Positions 1-9,805 of a DNA stretch of 64,000 bases are shown piece after piece. The stretch lies in NCBI GenBank assembly GCA_001917175.1, contig MNTV01000019.1:22940-86939 (forward strand), given 5' to 3'. Each line of letters starts with the position of its first letter. The stretch's first letter is position 1. Made by a program: the position numbers and the translations under genes. The notes under the pieces are model-generated. The model worked only from the letters and a program-made list of their open reading frames with translations, was not told where the DNA came from and searched no databases. The stretch is from Azospirillum sp. 51_20 (GTDB taxonomy: Bacteria; Pseudomonadota; Alphaproteobacteria; RF32; CAG-239).

Positions 1-118
1 CCGCATCGCGGATATTGCGGGCAAACAGGGAAACGCCTGCCGGCTGATACTTTTCCAACCAGCGCTTTTCCTCGTCGCTTAAACTCAGGCTGCTTACCGA
101 AACCAACGCCGACAACAT
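1..118 (-). CDS. NagZ-like beta-N-acetylhexosaminidase, N-terminal fragment running off the window
   Basis: A reverse-strand ATG at 118-116 opens MLSALVSVSSLSLSDEEKRWLEKYQPAGVSLFARNIRDA. The P.G..LF.RN pattern resembles GH3 NagZ N-termini. Only 39 codons are visible, 4 nt after the stop of the upstream M50 gene. Confidence 0.35.
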   Translation of the reverse strand, partial: MLSALVSVSSLSLSDEEKRWLEKYQPAGVSLFARNIRDA

Positions 119-122
119 GATT

Positions 123-776
123 CTAACCTCCCAATATTTCCATAAACCAGGACAACACTCCCGACAGATACCAGCGCAGCGGGTCAATCACCGGCACGCC
201 GAACGCAGCGCCGAAAGCAGGCAGAACGACGGCCGCAACGATCAGCACCGCCAATCCGTAACGGTCGGAAGAAACATACTTTTGCGCCCACGGACGGCGG
301 ATCCAGCCGAAAAACAGTTTGGAGCCGTCCAGCGGCGGGATCGGCAGCAGGTTGAAAAACGCCAGCACCAGATTGCTGATGACAAAATACAGCAAAAACA
401 GCTTCAGCAAGCCGGGTATCCCGGGAAAAAGATTGAATATCAGCCCGGCCGCAAGTGCCAGCGCCAGGTTGGCGGCAATGCCGGCGCCGGAAACAATCAG
501 CATGTCGCGGGGAAATTTCTTCAACCGGTAAAAACTGACCGGAACCGGTTTGGCCCAGCCGAACAGAAAGCCGGTGCCGCTCCAGAGCAAAAACAGCGGC
601 AGAAAAACCGAACCGAACGGGTCGATATGATTAAGCGGGTTGAGCGACAGCCGCCCCGCCCGCCTGGCGGTATCGTCTCCGAGCATATAGGCGGCATAGC
701 CGTGCGCCACTTCGTGCAATACGATCGCCAGAAAAACGGAACACAGGGAAACGGCAACGCCGAGATACACTTCCAT
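123..776 (-). CDS. site-2 protease family (M50) membrane metalloprotease
   Basis: HEVAHG zinc motif, NLLPIPPLDG second motif, several hydrophobic segments. Start moved to MEVYLG (ATG 776), which abuts the upstream stop at 779. Confidence 0.85.
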   Translation of the reverse strand: MEVYLGVAVSLCSVFLAIVLHEVAHGYAAYMLGDDTARRAGRLSLNPLNHIDPFGSVFLPLFLLWSGTGFLFGWAKPVPVSFYRLKKFPRDMLIVSGAGIAANLALALAAGLIFNLFPGIPGLLKLFLLYFVISNLVLAFFNLLPIPPLDGSKLFFGWIRRPWAQKYVSSDRYGLAVLIVAAVVLPAFGAAFGVPVIDPLRWYLSGVLSWFMEILGG

Positions 777-778
777 CG

Positions 779-1726
779 CTATTTCCTTGCGGTAAAGCAG
801 CTGCCGCCGGCGGCCTTTAATTTGCCGCACAAAGCGGCGGCCTCGGCCTTGGTGGCAAAACTGCCGGCTTTCAGGCGGTAATAGGTTCCCTTGGCGCCGA
901 GATCAACGCTGCTGACCTCATGGGGCAGCCCCGACAAAATCTTGTATTTTGCCGACATGGTTTTCCACGATTTTTCAACCGCGGCTTTGTTGGGCGAAGA
1001 CATCAACTGAATCTGCCAGGTTCCTTTGGCAATCGTTTCCTGCTTTGCCGCGGCGGGGGCGGCCTCTTTAGCCTTCGGCGCGGGCCGTTCGGCCTTAACT
1101 GCCGTTCTGACGGCCTTTGTTTCTGCCGGAACCGGCTCTTCGGCCCTGCCTGCGACAGGCTTTTCCTTTTCGGCGGCGGCTTCAGCCGTAACCGGAACGA
1201 CCGGCGCTTTTTCCGCCTCCGTCTTTACCTCTGCCGGTTTGGCCGGCGCGGCCAGCGATTCCGCCCGGATCTCGTTTGTTTTGGCAGCCGGCGCGGCGTT
1301 TTCTTTGGCGGTTACCTCTTCGACCAGCGCTTCAATGGCGTCGGCGTTCGGCTGTTCGGAAGGCGGCAGGACGTTGGCTTCCTCCGGATTTTCGGGTTTG
1401 CGCTCAATAATGTCGTAGACGGTTTTTTCCTGGTTGGAAATTTCCACACTGCCGGGTTCCACCGGCGGAATTTTCACTTCTTCCTGCGGACGGCGGATCA
1501 CCGGCACTTCCTCTTCTTCGCCGCTTTGGTACTGCGGCGCCAGCACGAACCAGCCGACCACGGCCGCCATTGCCAGACCGGCCAGCGCGCCGATGAACAG
1601 ACTGCGGGAATTGTTGATTTCGTTGCGTTTTTCCTCAAGATCAAAATTTGCCTGTTTTTGGCGGAACTCGTTTAAAACATCATCGTCGCCCATTCGGAAA
1701 TTGTCCGGAAAACCGTTTAACATCAT
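779..1726 (-). CDS. SPOR domain-containing membrane protein
   Basis: The C-terminal WQIQLMSS...YYRLKAGSF.TKAEAAALCGKLKAAG fits the SPOR pattern. N-terminal TM LFIGALAGLAMAAVVGWFVLA, then an Ala/Pro/Glu/Lys-rich linker. AGGAG lies 6 nt upstream of ATGATG at 1726. Confidence 0.8.
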   Translation of the reverse strand: MMLNGFPDNFRMGDDDVLNEFRQKQANFDLEEKRNEINNSRSLFIGALAGLAMAAVVGWFVLAPQYQSGEEEEVPVIRRPQEEVKIPPVEPGSVEISNQEKTVYDIIERKPENPEEANVLPPSEQPNADAIEALVEEVTAKENAAPAAKTNEIRAESLAAPAKPAEVKTEAEKAPVVPVTAEAAAEKEKPVAGRAEEPVPAETKAVRTAVKAERPAPKAKEAAPAAAKQETIAKGTWQIQLMSSPNKAAVEKSWKTMSAKYKILSGLPHEVSSVDLGAKGTYYRLKAGSFATKAEAAALCGKLKAAGGSCFTARK

Positions 1727-1845
1727 CTTTTCTCCTGTTACCTCCGCCTCAAAACATATATTATGCGCCAAGGCGTTTTTTTAGCTTTCAATCAAATTAA
1801 AAGTAATATACATTATAAAAGATCAAATAGTAAAGGTATAAATTT

Positions 1846-2640
1846 ATGAAAATTGCCGCCTACAACCTGAACTCGATTAACGCCCGGATCGAAAACCTGA
1901 CCGCATGGCTTGCCAAAGCGGCGCCCGACGTCGTTCTGGTACAGGAAATAAAAAGCGAATACAACAACTTTCCCTTCTTTGAACTCCGCGCCGCTGGCTA
2001 CGAGGCGAAAATGCTCGGACAGAAGAGCTACAACGGGGTGGCGGTGCTGAGCCGGCATCCGCTTTCCGTCGTCCGCGAAGGGCTGCCGGATTTTGACGAC
2101 GAAAACGCCCGATATCTCGAAACGGAAGTTTCAGTACAAGGACAAAAATGGCGGCTGGCCTCAATTTATCTGCCCAACGGCAACCCGCCCTACAACGATG
2201 TTGCCGACCGTTCCAAATATCTCTACAAACTGGAATGGATGAACGCTTTTCTCCGCCATGCCGCAGATTTGCGGAAACTTGACTGTCCGGTGGTTCTCGG
2301 CGGCGACTTCAACGTCATTTTGACCGAAAACGACGTTTATGATCCGAAACCCTTTGCCGACGACGCCCTTTTTCTCCCGGAAGTGCGGCGCAAGCTGAAC
2401 GCCCTGTGCCACGGCGGTTTTTACGACGCGTTTCGCACCCTGCATCCGAAAGACCCGGGATATACCTTCTGGGACTATACCGGCAACGCCCTCGCCGCCG
2501 ATTTCGGCATGCGGATAGACTATCTGTTTCTGAACGCGCCGGCGGTTGACCGGCTGCTTTCCTGTACGGTCGACAAAAGCCCACGGCTGGCGCCCAAACC
2601 CTCCGACCATACCGCCCTTGTTGCCGAGTTCCGCCCATGA
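1846..2640 (+). CDS. xth: exodeoxyribonuclease III
   Basis: MKIAAYNLNSINAR..., LVQEIK, GGDFNV and PSDHTALVAEF are the ExoIII/EEP nuclease motifs in the expected order; 264 aa. Confidence 0.9.
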   Translation: MKIAAYNLNSINARIENLTAWLAKAAPDVVLVQEIKSEYNNFPFFELRAAGYEAKMLGQKSYNGVAVLSRHPLSVVREGLPDFDDENARYLETEVSVQGQKWRLASIYLPNGNPPYNDVADRSKYLYKLEWMNAFLRHAADLRKLDCPVVLGGDFNVILTENDVYDPKPFADDALFLPEVRRKLNALCHGGFYDAFRTLHPKDPGYTFWDYTGNALAADFGMRIDYLFLNAPAVDRLLSCTVDKSPRLAPKPSDHTALVAEFRP

Positions 2641-4658
2641 GAAAACATAACGACAAGGCGGACGAACGTTACGTTCCGTTCAAAATAACCGCCGTCGACA
2701 AAGACGGCGAGCCGTTGGCCGCCGCCCTTGACGGAAAATACAAAAACCGGAATTTTCCGCTTAAAAGCAGCCGCCGGCTGCCGGCACCGGCCGTCGGCGA
2801 CGAATTTTTGGGAAAACTGCAGAAAACGGCGGAAGGATTTTGCGTCAAAGCAGTCTCCCGCCTTGCCGGAGAACGGACGGAAACGGGCGAAAACCTGTTC
2901 GGAACGATTGAGCGGCAAAACCACGTTTGCCTTGTAACACCGGTGGAACGCGGCGCCAAACCGATCGTCCTCGGCGAAAACAAAACTCTGAAAAACGGTG
3001 ACTTCGTCGAAATCGCCGTCAGCGGCAGCGGTGCCGCCCGACAGGTGTCGGTGGTTAAAAACCTCGGCCCGTTTAGCATGGAAAAGTTAAACGAAGTGCT
3101 GATCGCGCAAAAATACAAACTGCCGCAGGCATTTGAACGGGACGTAACCGACGAATGCCGGAAATTTCCCGATTTTGCCGCTTCCGAACGAGTCAATCTC
3201 TGCGAACTGCCGTTCGTCACCATTGACGGCGACGACTCCAAAGACTTTGACGACGCCGTTTACGCCTGCCGCACCGACGACGGTTTCGGGCTGATCGTTG
3301 CCATTGCCGACGTATCTTTTTACGTGCGTCCGGGCAGCGCACTCGACCGCGAAGCCTGCCGCCGCGGCAATTCCGTTTATCTGCCGCAGACGGTGATCCC
3401 GATGCTGCCGGAAATCCTAAGCAACGACCTCTGCTCGCTCAACCCCGGCGTCAAGCGCCCGGCAATCGCCTGTTTCATGCAGATCGACCGGGCGGGAAAC
3501 CTGCTTGACTGGGAATTCCGAAGGGTTGTCATCAAGTCCGCCGCCCGGCTGACTTACAAAGAAACGGAAGCGGCAATCCGGGGCGAGTTCAACGGCCGGA
3601 CCAAAAAGCTTTTCAAAACGGCGATCACGCCTCTTTACGAAGCTTATCAGGCGCTGGCTCTGGCCCGCAAAAGACGCGGGGCGCTGGAGCTGGAAACGAC
3701 CGAAGTCAAAATCCGCCTTGACAAGAACGGAAACGTGGCTGCGGTTGAAAAACGGGAAAGCCTCGTCAGCCACAAAATCATCGAAGAATTCATGATCGCT
3801 GCCAATGTGGCCGCCGCCCGCCGGCTGCAGCTCTCCAAACAACCGGTCATGTATCGCGTCCACGACCGTCCGTCAGAAGAAAAATTAAAAGAAATCAAAC
3901 CGCTGCTTGATAGTCTTAAACTAAAACTTCCGGATTGTCAGGCGTTAAAGCCGGAACATTTTAACCGCCTTATCGAACTTTGCCGGCAAAAGGACCGCGG
4001 CGCCGGCATTGACGACCTGGTTCTGCGTTTGCAATGTCAGGCGCAGTATTCTCCGCAAAACATCGGGCATTTCGGACTTGGTCTGAAAGAATACGTTCAT
4101 TTTACCTCGCCGATCCGCAGATACGCAGATTTACTGATCCACCGGGCACTGGTCAACGCCTGTTCCTTTTCCCCGGCGGAAGAAGAAATGCCGTCCCAAC
4201 GCGCCTTTGCCGAAACCGCCGATCATCTCTGCACCGCCGAACGCGCGGCCGCGGCGGCGGAAAGGGACTTAACCGCCCGTTATCTTTCGCTTTATCTGAA
4301 GCCGCTGACGGGAACCGAATTTGAAGTTAAAATCAGCGGGTTGACCAACGCCGGAATTTTTGTCAGAATAGAAAGCCTCGGCGCCGAAGGGCTGATTCCG
4401 ATGCGCTCGCTGCCGAAAGACTATTATACCCTGCTTGACGCCGGCAGCTGTCTTAAAGGAACGGAAAACAAACTGAAGTTCCGTCTCGGACAAAAGCTTG
4501 CCGTCGTCTTATGCGAAGCCTCGCCGGAAAGCGGCGGCCTGATCTTCCGCTATGCGGGCGAAGACCCCGTCAGGGAAGAAAAACCCGCCCGCCCAAGCAA
4601 GGCAAAAAAGAAAAAAACAACCAAGACAAAAAACAAAGAACGCAAAAAAAAACACTAA
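2637..4658 (+). CDS. rnr: ribonuclease R (RNase II/R family)
   Basis: RNB catalytic motif TIDGDDSKDFDDAVYA, C-terminal S1-like segment (FEVKISGLTNAGIFVRIE), Lys-rich tail. 4-nt overlap with xth. Confidence 0.85.
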   Translation: MRKHNDKADERYVPFKITAVDKDGEPLAAALDGKYKNRNFPLKSSRRLPAPAVGDEFLGKLQKTAEGFCVKAVSRLAGERTETGENLFGTIERQNHVCLVTPVERGAKPIVLGENKTLKNGDFVEIAVSGSGAARQVSVVKNLGPFSMEKLNEVLIAQKYKLPQAFERDVTDECRKFPDFAASERVNLCELPFVTIDGDDSKDFDDAVYACRTDDGFGLIVAIADVSFYVRPGSALDREACRRGNSVYLPQTVIPMLPEILSNDLCSLNPGVKRPAIACFMQIDRAGNLLDWEFRRVVIKSAARLTYKETEAAIRGEFNGRTKKLFKTAITPLYEAYQALALARKRRGALELETTEVKIRLDKNGNVAAVEKRESLVSHKIIEEFMIAANVAAARRLQLSKQPVMYRVHDRPSEEKLKEIKPLLDSLKLKLPDCQALKPEHFNRLIELCRQKDRGAGIDDLVLRLQCQAQYSPQNIGHFGLGLKEYVHFTSPIRRYADLLIHRALVNACSFSPAEEEMPSQRAFAETADHLCTAERAAAAAERDLTARYLSLYLKPLTGTEFEVKISGLTNAGIFVRIESLGAEGLIPMRSLPKDYYTLLDAGSCLKGTENKLKFRLGQKLAVVLCEASPESGGLIFRYAGEDPVREEKPARPSKAKKKKTTKTKNKERKKKH

Positions 4659-4686
4659 GCGCCCCGATAAGAAAGCCTGAATACCG

Positions 4687-5772
4687 ATGCAAAAACTGCT
4701 CCTGCTGCTGATCTCCCTGTTTGCCGCCGGCAACGTCCGCGCCGACGAGCTTTCGCTGATTACCGCATTCTATACTACCATCGGCGAAAAACACGCCGAA
4801 CCGATAACAGCCGAACGTTTGACCGTCAACGGTTTACAGGGATTGACGGCAATCGACAGGGATCTGCTTTTCGCCGACGGCAGGGAAATGGTTTATCTCT
4901 ATCACAAAAGGCAGCAGGTCGACCTGTGGCATAAACCGGAAAACCCCGATGACATTGATGCCTGGGCCAAAATCACCCTGGAGGTGACGGAAGCGGCCGT
5001 CAAAAACTCGCCGAAAGCCGCCGAACGGGATTTTGAACTGATCGAAAAAGTAATGGCCGCCGCGGCGGAAAGCCTTAACGACAATTCCCGCTATTATTCG
5101 GAGCTTGACGAAACGGAGAATGATGCTCCCAAACCCTTAAGGCTTTTTGCCCGGCGGATGATCGGCGACGTTTTGTACATCAGAATCGGCAGCTTTAACG
5201 GCGCCACCAAACAAAACGTGCTTTCCGCCCTCAAGGATTATCCCGCGGCCAAAGGCGTGATTCTTGACCTCAGGGGCAACCGCGGCGGTCTGCTGACGGC
5301 TGCCATCGACGTGGCCGGCATTTTCATTGACGGCGGCATCATCGCCTCGGTCAAAGGCAGGGACAATGGCGCGGTCAAATATTACAACGCCGACGAGGAA
5401 ACCGGCTTTAACCTGCCGGTCGTCATCCTGATCGACGGCAACACCGCCTCCTCCGCCGAAGTGGTGGCCGCCGCCCTCAGCGAACAGGTTCAGGCCAAAC
5501 TGGTCGGCACCAACAGCTTCGGCAAAGGCAGCATTCAGGAAATGTACAGTTTTGAAAACGGCGGCAAACTGGCTCTGACGACGGCGCATTTCTATACCCC
5601 CTCCGGCCAGAAAATCGACAAGATAGGATTGATTCCGGACTATTGTACGTTCAACGCCGACGACAACGTGCCGATCGACCGCGCTTCGGCTTTTACCAAC
5701 CTGCGCTGCGAACGGGAAAGCCGGGAAAGAAACGAAGCGGACATTGAGCTGGCGGTTTCCATCTTAAAATAG
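4687..5772 (+). CDS. S41 family C-terminal processing peptidase-like protein (secreted)
   Basis: Signal peptide MQKLLLLLISLFAAGNVRA. S41 motifs LDLRGNRGGLL and IDGNTASSAEVVAAAL. Confidence 0.8.
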   Translation: MQKLLLLLISLFAAGNVRADELSLITAFYTTIGEKHAEPITAERLTVNGLQGLTAIDRDLLFADGREMVYLYHKRQQVDLWHKPENPDDIDAWAKITLEVTEAAVKNSPKAAERDFELIEKVMAAAAESLNDNSRYYSELDETENDAPKPLRLFARRMIGDVLYIRIGSFNGATKQNVLSALKDYPAAKGVILDLRGNRGGLLTAAIDVAGIFIDGGIIASVKGRDNGAVKYYNADEETGFNLPVVILIDGNTASSAEVVAAALSEQVQAKLVGTNSFGKGSIQEMYSFENGGKLALTTAHFYTPSGQKIDKIGLIPDYCTFNADDNVPIDRASAFTNLRCERESRERNEADIELAVSILK

Positions 5773-5790
5773 ACGCCAAAACTTAAAAAA

Positions 5791-5816
5791 ACCGGACATT
5801 TGCGTCCGGTTTTTTC
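5791..5816 (+). terminator. rho-independent terminator after the S41 gene
   Basis: ACCGGAC-atttgc-GTCCGGT followed by TTTTT, 19 nt after the stop. Confidence 0.7.
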
Positions 5817-5966
5817 ATTTGCCATAACCCAAAGGTTGTAATTTTATACAAAAGCATACAAAAGAAGAATTTTATTGTTGACTGTACAAGGTATAATTGT
5901 ATGATGCTAATTACAACTTCAAGGTAATGTTTTTTTTAAAAACAATTATTAAAGGCAAGATATTTT

Positions 5967-6845
5967 ATGATAAACCGCAAAGACCTACAAAACATAGAAA
6001 GCCTGTTTATGCTTTCCACCCTCGGAGAATGTCGCAGCAAGCGCAAAGCGGCGGAAGCCATCGGCGCCTCGGTAGACACCCTGAACAAATACATCGGCAA
6101 CCTGGAAGCGGAATTCGGCCTGCAGCTCGTCATCAGTTCGGAACACGGCTGCACCCTGACGCCCAAAGGCATAAAATTCACCGAAAACGCTTCCCGGATG
6201 GAAGAACTCTTGCAGCAAATGTATGCCGAAAACGGCAGAAACACCCAAAATTTCTTCCCGGTCAAGGTCGGAATGGACGTCGGCATCAGCAGCAACCTGA
6301 TGTTTTACGACATAGACGCCTTTTTCTCCCGCTTTCCCGACATCCAGATACAAAGCATCATTTTTCAGGACAGTCTGCAGCTGCAATACAACAACCTGGA
6401 CATAGGCATCTCCTACTGCGAGCCGAAGGAAAAGGACGTGACTGTCCTTGCCGTCAAAAACATTGAATGCAAACTGTTTGCCTCTCCCGCTTATTTGAAA
6501 AAATACGGCTACCCGCAAAACATCAAAGACATTATCAAAAACCACCGTATCGTCTGCAAGTCCGATCCCGTTTATTATGACAAGCAATACCGGGAGATTT
6601 TGAAAAACTCGGAAAACGTCCGTTACATTTCCAACTCCAGCGGATCGGTTATCGACGCCGTGCGTAACAATGCCGGCATTTGCATCATGCCGCTGCGCTT
6701 TGCCGAGGAAGGCCTAATTTGTCTCGACAATTTTGACTGGAACAGTCATATAAGCATCTACCTTTTCAGCCGCAAACGGGTCAAGGACCTGCCCCGGGTG
6801 CGAGCGGTGATAAACTATTTCAAGGAAATACTCCAAAGGATGTAA
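5967..6845 (+). CDS. LysR family transcriptional regulator
   Basis: N-terminal wHTH (LSTLGECRSKRKAAEAIGASVDTLNKYIGNLEAEFGLQL), ~290 aa with a typical LysR substrate-binding-length C-terminus. Confidence 0.85.
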   Translation: MINRKDLQNIESLFMLSTLGECRSKRKAAEAIGASVDTLNKYIGNLEAEFGLQLVISSEHGCTLTPKGIKFTENASRMEELLQQMYAENGRNTQNFFPVKVGMDVGISSNLMFYDIDAFFSRFPDIQIQSIIFQDSLQLQYNNLDIGISYCEPKEKDVTVLAVKNIECKLFASPAYLKKYGYPQNIKDIIKNHRIVCKSDPVYYDKQYREILKNSENVRYISNSSGSVIDAVRNNAGICIMPLRFAEEGLICLDNFDWNSHISIYLFSRKRVKDLPRVRAVINYFKEILQRM

Positions 6846-6848
6846 GGC

Positions 6849-7299
6849 ATGACCGAACAAACAAAAAAAATTATCGACCTTACCCGGCCCGACGACCGGC
6901 AGACGGACGAACCGGTCCGCCGGTGGCAGGCTTCCGTCAGAGCTACGCATCATTTTCTGAGAGAACAAAACATCCCAACGCTCGAAAGCGAAGTCCGTTC
7001 CGCTTTGGCGCAGATTCCGGAACCGTATGCGTTTTCGGTGCAGGAAAAAATTCTCGGATTTATCGGCCTTGCCGACGGTAAGGCCGTTCGTTTCGTCGGA
7101 CTGTTTCGACATGGGTACCGGCTCCGAACTGCCGGCTTTTACCGTCAGACGGCACGGCGTCACGTCGGTTGACGTCAACGAGCAAAATCCCGCCGCCCTG
7201 AAATTTTACCGCAAGCACGGTTTTGCCGTTGACGGCCGCAGTCCGCTTGACGATCAGGGCAATCCGTTTCCGATTTTGCACTTGAAACTCGGCAGATAA
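6849..7299 (+). pseudogene. GNAT family N-acetyltransferase interrupted by a frameshift
   Basis: Frame A (6849-7172) gives the GNAT N-half (...SVRATHHFL...ILGFIGLADGK). Frame B (to 7299) gives the C-half (FVSSDCFDMGTGSEL...VDVNEQNPAALKFYRKHGFAVDGRS..D.QGNPFPILHLKL). The frames switch around 7085-7100. Confidence 0.7.
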
Positions 7300-7354
7300 T
7301 CCGTCGGAAGGCGCACAAAAGAACCCCGCCGGCCCGGCCGGCAGTTTTCCCGAT

Positions 7355-7388
7355 AAAAAAAACGCCGGGCACGTACCCGGCGTTTTTT
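7355..7388. terminator. bidirectional terminator between convergent genes
   Basis: A-run, ACGCCGGG-cacgta-CCCGGCGT, T-run. Sits between the GNAT gene (+) and the DUF4139-like gene (-). Confidence 0.6.
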
Positions 7389-7399
7389 ATGGCCGCCGT

Positions 7400-8875
7400 T
7401 TACCGGCAGCTCCGAGTCTTGTACGGCGCAACGACGCGGAAAGTCAGCTTTTGCTTTCCTTCCGCCGGAACCGTAACCTTCCAGACATAGGTGCCGGCAT
7501 CTTTCAGACTGCCCTTCAGGCTTTCGTTTTCCACTTCCGCCTCACCGCCGAGATTTTGTTCAAACACCACTTCCTGCGCATGAAGGTCGGCATTGTTGAA
7601 GGTAACTTCGGCGTCATAGGCGTAACGCGCGGTCAGAGTGGCACAGGCTTCGCCTTCCTCCTGCGTCTTGTTTTCCGAAAGTTTGCTGATCCTGGCAATC
7701 TTTCCGCTGACAAACACATTGAAAAAGCTGCCGAGGTTTAAGCGCATTTCTTCGCCTTTGGCGACATGGGAAATCGAATTTTCGCCGATAAACTGCATGT
7801 TGCCGTCATTGTCGTTTTCGTAAAAACGCATAATCCCCGACGGCAGCGGCAGTCCGAGGTTGCCGGCTTCGGTATTTTGCAGCACGTAAACCATGTCCGG
7901 ATGAACCTGTTTGAATTCTGCCGCGGAATTATAATTGAAATAAAGCGGGGAACGCATATACGCTTCTTTTTTATAAGCAACGTCGTTTTTCTCAAGCAGA
8001 CTGATTTGTTTGGTCTGCTTATCCTTAATATCGGTTTTCAAAGGCAGATTGTAAAGATGATAGCCGCTTAAGTTTTCCGACGCCGGAGCGCTTTCGGCCG
8101 CGGCGTAGCTGTCCATGGCACGGCTTGCCTTGGCCATCATCATCAGCGGACGGACGCCGCCGGCATTCGCAACCTGATTGACGTCGCCGGCAATCAGCTG
8201 CACTTTGGCATCGTTATAATCGGCACCGGACTCGTTGTTGATCGTCACCCAACCGGTCAGGTTAAGTTTTTCGCCGGAAACGACTTTGGCCACATAATTG
8301 GTCTTCCAGCCGATACCGCCGGTCAGATAAGCCAGAGAAATGTCTTTCGCCGCCGTTTCGCCGCTGTCGATTTTGGCAATCAGCGTCGGTTCACTGCGCA
8401 GGCTGTCCGGCAGCTTTTCAAACACCAGCCGACCGGGAAAATGAGCTTCAATGCCATAGCTGAACTTCAGCAACGGCTGGCCGTAAGCGGCGCTGACAAT
8501 TTCCGCACTGTCAAAAATGTTTTCGCCGTTTGCGGGATTGACCGTCACGGTTTTCACTTTTTCTCCGACGGATTTGTCGATAATGTTGTTGGCCGTCAGC
8601 AGGTCATAGTCGTAATTTTGCTCCAGCACCTTGATTCCCGGCGCGTCCAACAGCGCGGTTTCCGGTTTGATCCGGGAGGCTACGCCTTCAAAAGCGATAT
8701 CGTTGACGCCCTGTTTCAACTCAACTTTCCGCTGCTCTTTGACAAGAGCCAGATCGTTGTTGTAAATGCTGATTTCCAGTTCCGTCTTCTTGTCTTCGCC
8801 GACAATGTTTTCCGCGGCCGAAACCGCCGAGGACAATCCCATACAGCCCATTAACAGCCAAGTTGCTAAACGCAT
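7400..8875 (-). CDS. secreted DUF4139/MuiA-like protein
   Basis: Start set at MRLATWLLMGCMGLSSAVSA (signal peptide), with AAGGAG upstream of ATG 8875. The N-terminal pattern ISIYNNDLALVKEQR...GVNDIAFEGV recalls the DUF4140/DUF4139 family. Family call is from memory. Confidence 0.6.
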   Translation of the reverse strand: MRLATWLLMGCMGLSSAVSAAENIVGEDKKTELEISIYNNDLALVKEQRKVELKQGVNDIAFEGVASRIKPETALLDAPGIKVLEQNYDYDLLTANNIIDKSVGEKVKTVTVNPANGENIFDSAEIVSAAYGQPLLKFSYGIEAHFPGRLVFEKLPDSLRSEPTLIAKIDSGETAAKDISLAYLTGGIGWKTNYVAKVVSGEKLNLTGWVTINNESGADYNDAKVQLIAGDVNQVANAGGVRPLMMMAKASRAMDSYAAAESAPASENLSGYHLYNLPLKTDIKDKQTKQISLLEKNDVAYKKEAYMRSPLYFNYNSAAEFKQVHPDMVYVLQNTEAGNLGLPLPSGIMRFYENDNDGNMQFIGENSISHVAKGEEMRLNLGSFFNVFVSGKIARISKLSENKTQEEGEACATLTARYAYDAEVTFNNADLHAQEVVFEQNLGGEAEVENESLKGSLKDAGTYVWKVTVPAEGKQKLTFRVVAPYKTRSCR

Positions 8876-9008
8876 GTGCTTTTCTCCTTGAAAAAATTGT
8901 ACATGGAAATAACGTAAGCCATTTTTTGCAAATATACAAGCGCGGATGTCCGTCGCCGCATAAAATTTGTTCCCGAAACCGGCAGCGGTTTCGGGAACAT
9001 TAAAGACA

Positions 9009-9509
9009 TCAGCGCCGGCAACAGGCGCTGAGAGCATTTTTCCAGCGGAGAACGGCAGCGGCGGGAAGTTCGCCCTTCCTCTGCCATACGCCGTTTGTCA
9101 GCCGGGATTTCAAAACATAAATTTCGGCGCCGATTTGCAGCGTAAAACTGCGTTCCGTCAACCGATCGGCAACAGTCCCGTTGGTAAGGTAAACGCGGTG
9201 AGTTTCACAGCAGTCACCGTTTGCCAGATACCTCTGCGTAAAGACAATACGTTCGACTTTGCCGGGTTTTCCGGGAGAGCCGGGATCTTCACAACGGCTG
9301 ACGAACCTTTTCTCCAGCAGGATGAACTTTCCCTTGGCGGTATAGTAGGCCTTGGTGCCGGGAATCAAAATATCCTCATACATCAGAACGTTTCCGAGCT
9401 GAGGATGATGCACCCTGACATACTTGTAATTTCGCGCCAAATCGTTGACAACACACGTTCCGTCCATCACATTCAGCGATAACGGCTTGCGAAAAGAAAA
9501 TAATCTCAT
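9009..9509 (-). CDS. hypothetical protein
   Basis: 166-aa ORF with its own candidate promoter; no recognisable motif. Confidence 0.45.
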   Translation of the reverse strand: MRLFSFRKPLSLNVMDGTCVVNDLARNYKYVRVHHPQLGNVLMYEDILIPGTKAYYTAKGKFILLEKRFVSRCEDPGSPGKPGKVERIVFTQRYLANGDCCETHRVYLTNGTVADRLTERSFTLQIGAEIYVLKSRLTNGVWQRKGELPAAAVLRWKNALSACCRR

Positions 9510-9535
9510 ATTTGAATAATTTTATAGGCTTTTTC

Positions 9536-9563
9536 AGTATAGCGCCTTTTGCCGGATATGCAA
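9536..9563 (-). promoter_or_regulatory. candidate sigma70-type promoter for 9009-9509
   Basis: Minus strand: TTGCAT (9563-9558), 16-nt spacer, TATACT (9541-9536). Confidence 0.35.
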
Positions 9564-9754
9564 CAGCAAAAAACGGTCAATGGCAAAAAAAACGCCCAAC
9601 GCCGCTTCGACAGGGACAACAGACATTCCCCGGCAACCCGGGGCCTGAACGGCTGCAAACGTAACTGATCATGATCCAAGGCGCAAAACGGCGTCGTCCC
9701 GGGACTAAGGCGTTCATTCTCCAAATAAATTCGGGATTTCCGTCAGAAATGTCA

Positions 9755-9784
9755 TAAAAAAAGAGTCTGCTTCACGCAGACTCC
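9755..9784 (-). terminator. rho-independent terminator after the M16 gene
   Basis: Minus strand: GAGTCTGC-gtgaa-GCAGACTC followed by T7. Confidence 0.65.
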
Positions 9785-9805
9785 TTTTGATAGAAAAAGT
9801 TTCAC

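Noticed and set aside
117-881. 254-aa plus-strand ORF, with similar long ORFs at 920-1675, 15018-16352, 29864-31159, 32549-33514, 47454-48476 and 55979-57082
   Set aside because: All lie antisense to genes with clear motif-level identity (M50, SPOR, HAD-Nudix, SulP, autotransporter, BamA, TrmFO). Their translations are Arg/Gly/Pro-rich low-complexity strings typical of shadow ORFs in GC-rich coding DNA.
4560-4658. A-rich tract with long homopolymers at the 3' end of rnr, as a possible slippage site
   Set aside because: It simply encodes the Lys-rich basic tail that is normal for RNase R, and the frame runs cleanly to TAA.
9564-9755. Possible riboswitch or ncRNA in the 190-nt spacer between the M16 terminator and the 9009-9509 promoter
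   Set aside because: It contains a CCCCGG-caa-CCCGGGG hairpin and a T8 run, but I could not build a terminator or any consensus motif. There is too little evidence to call.
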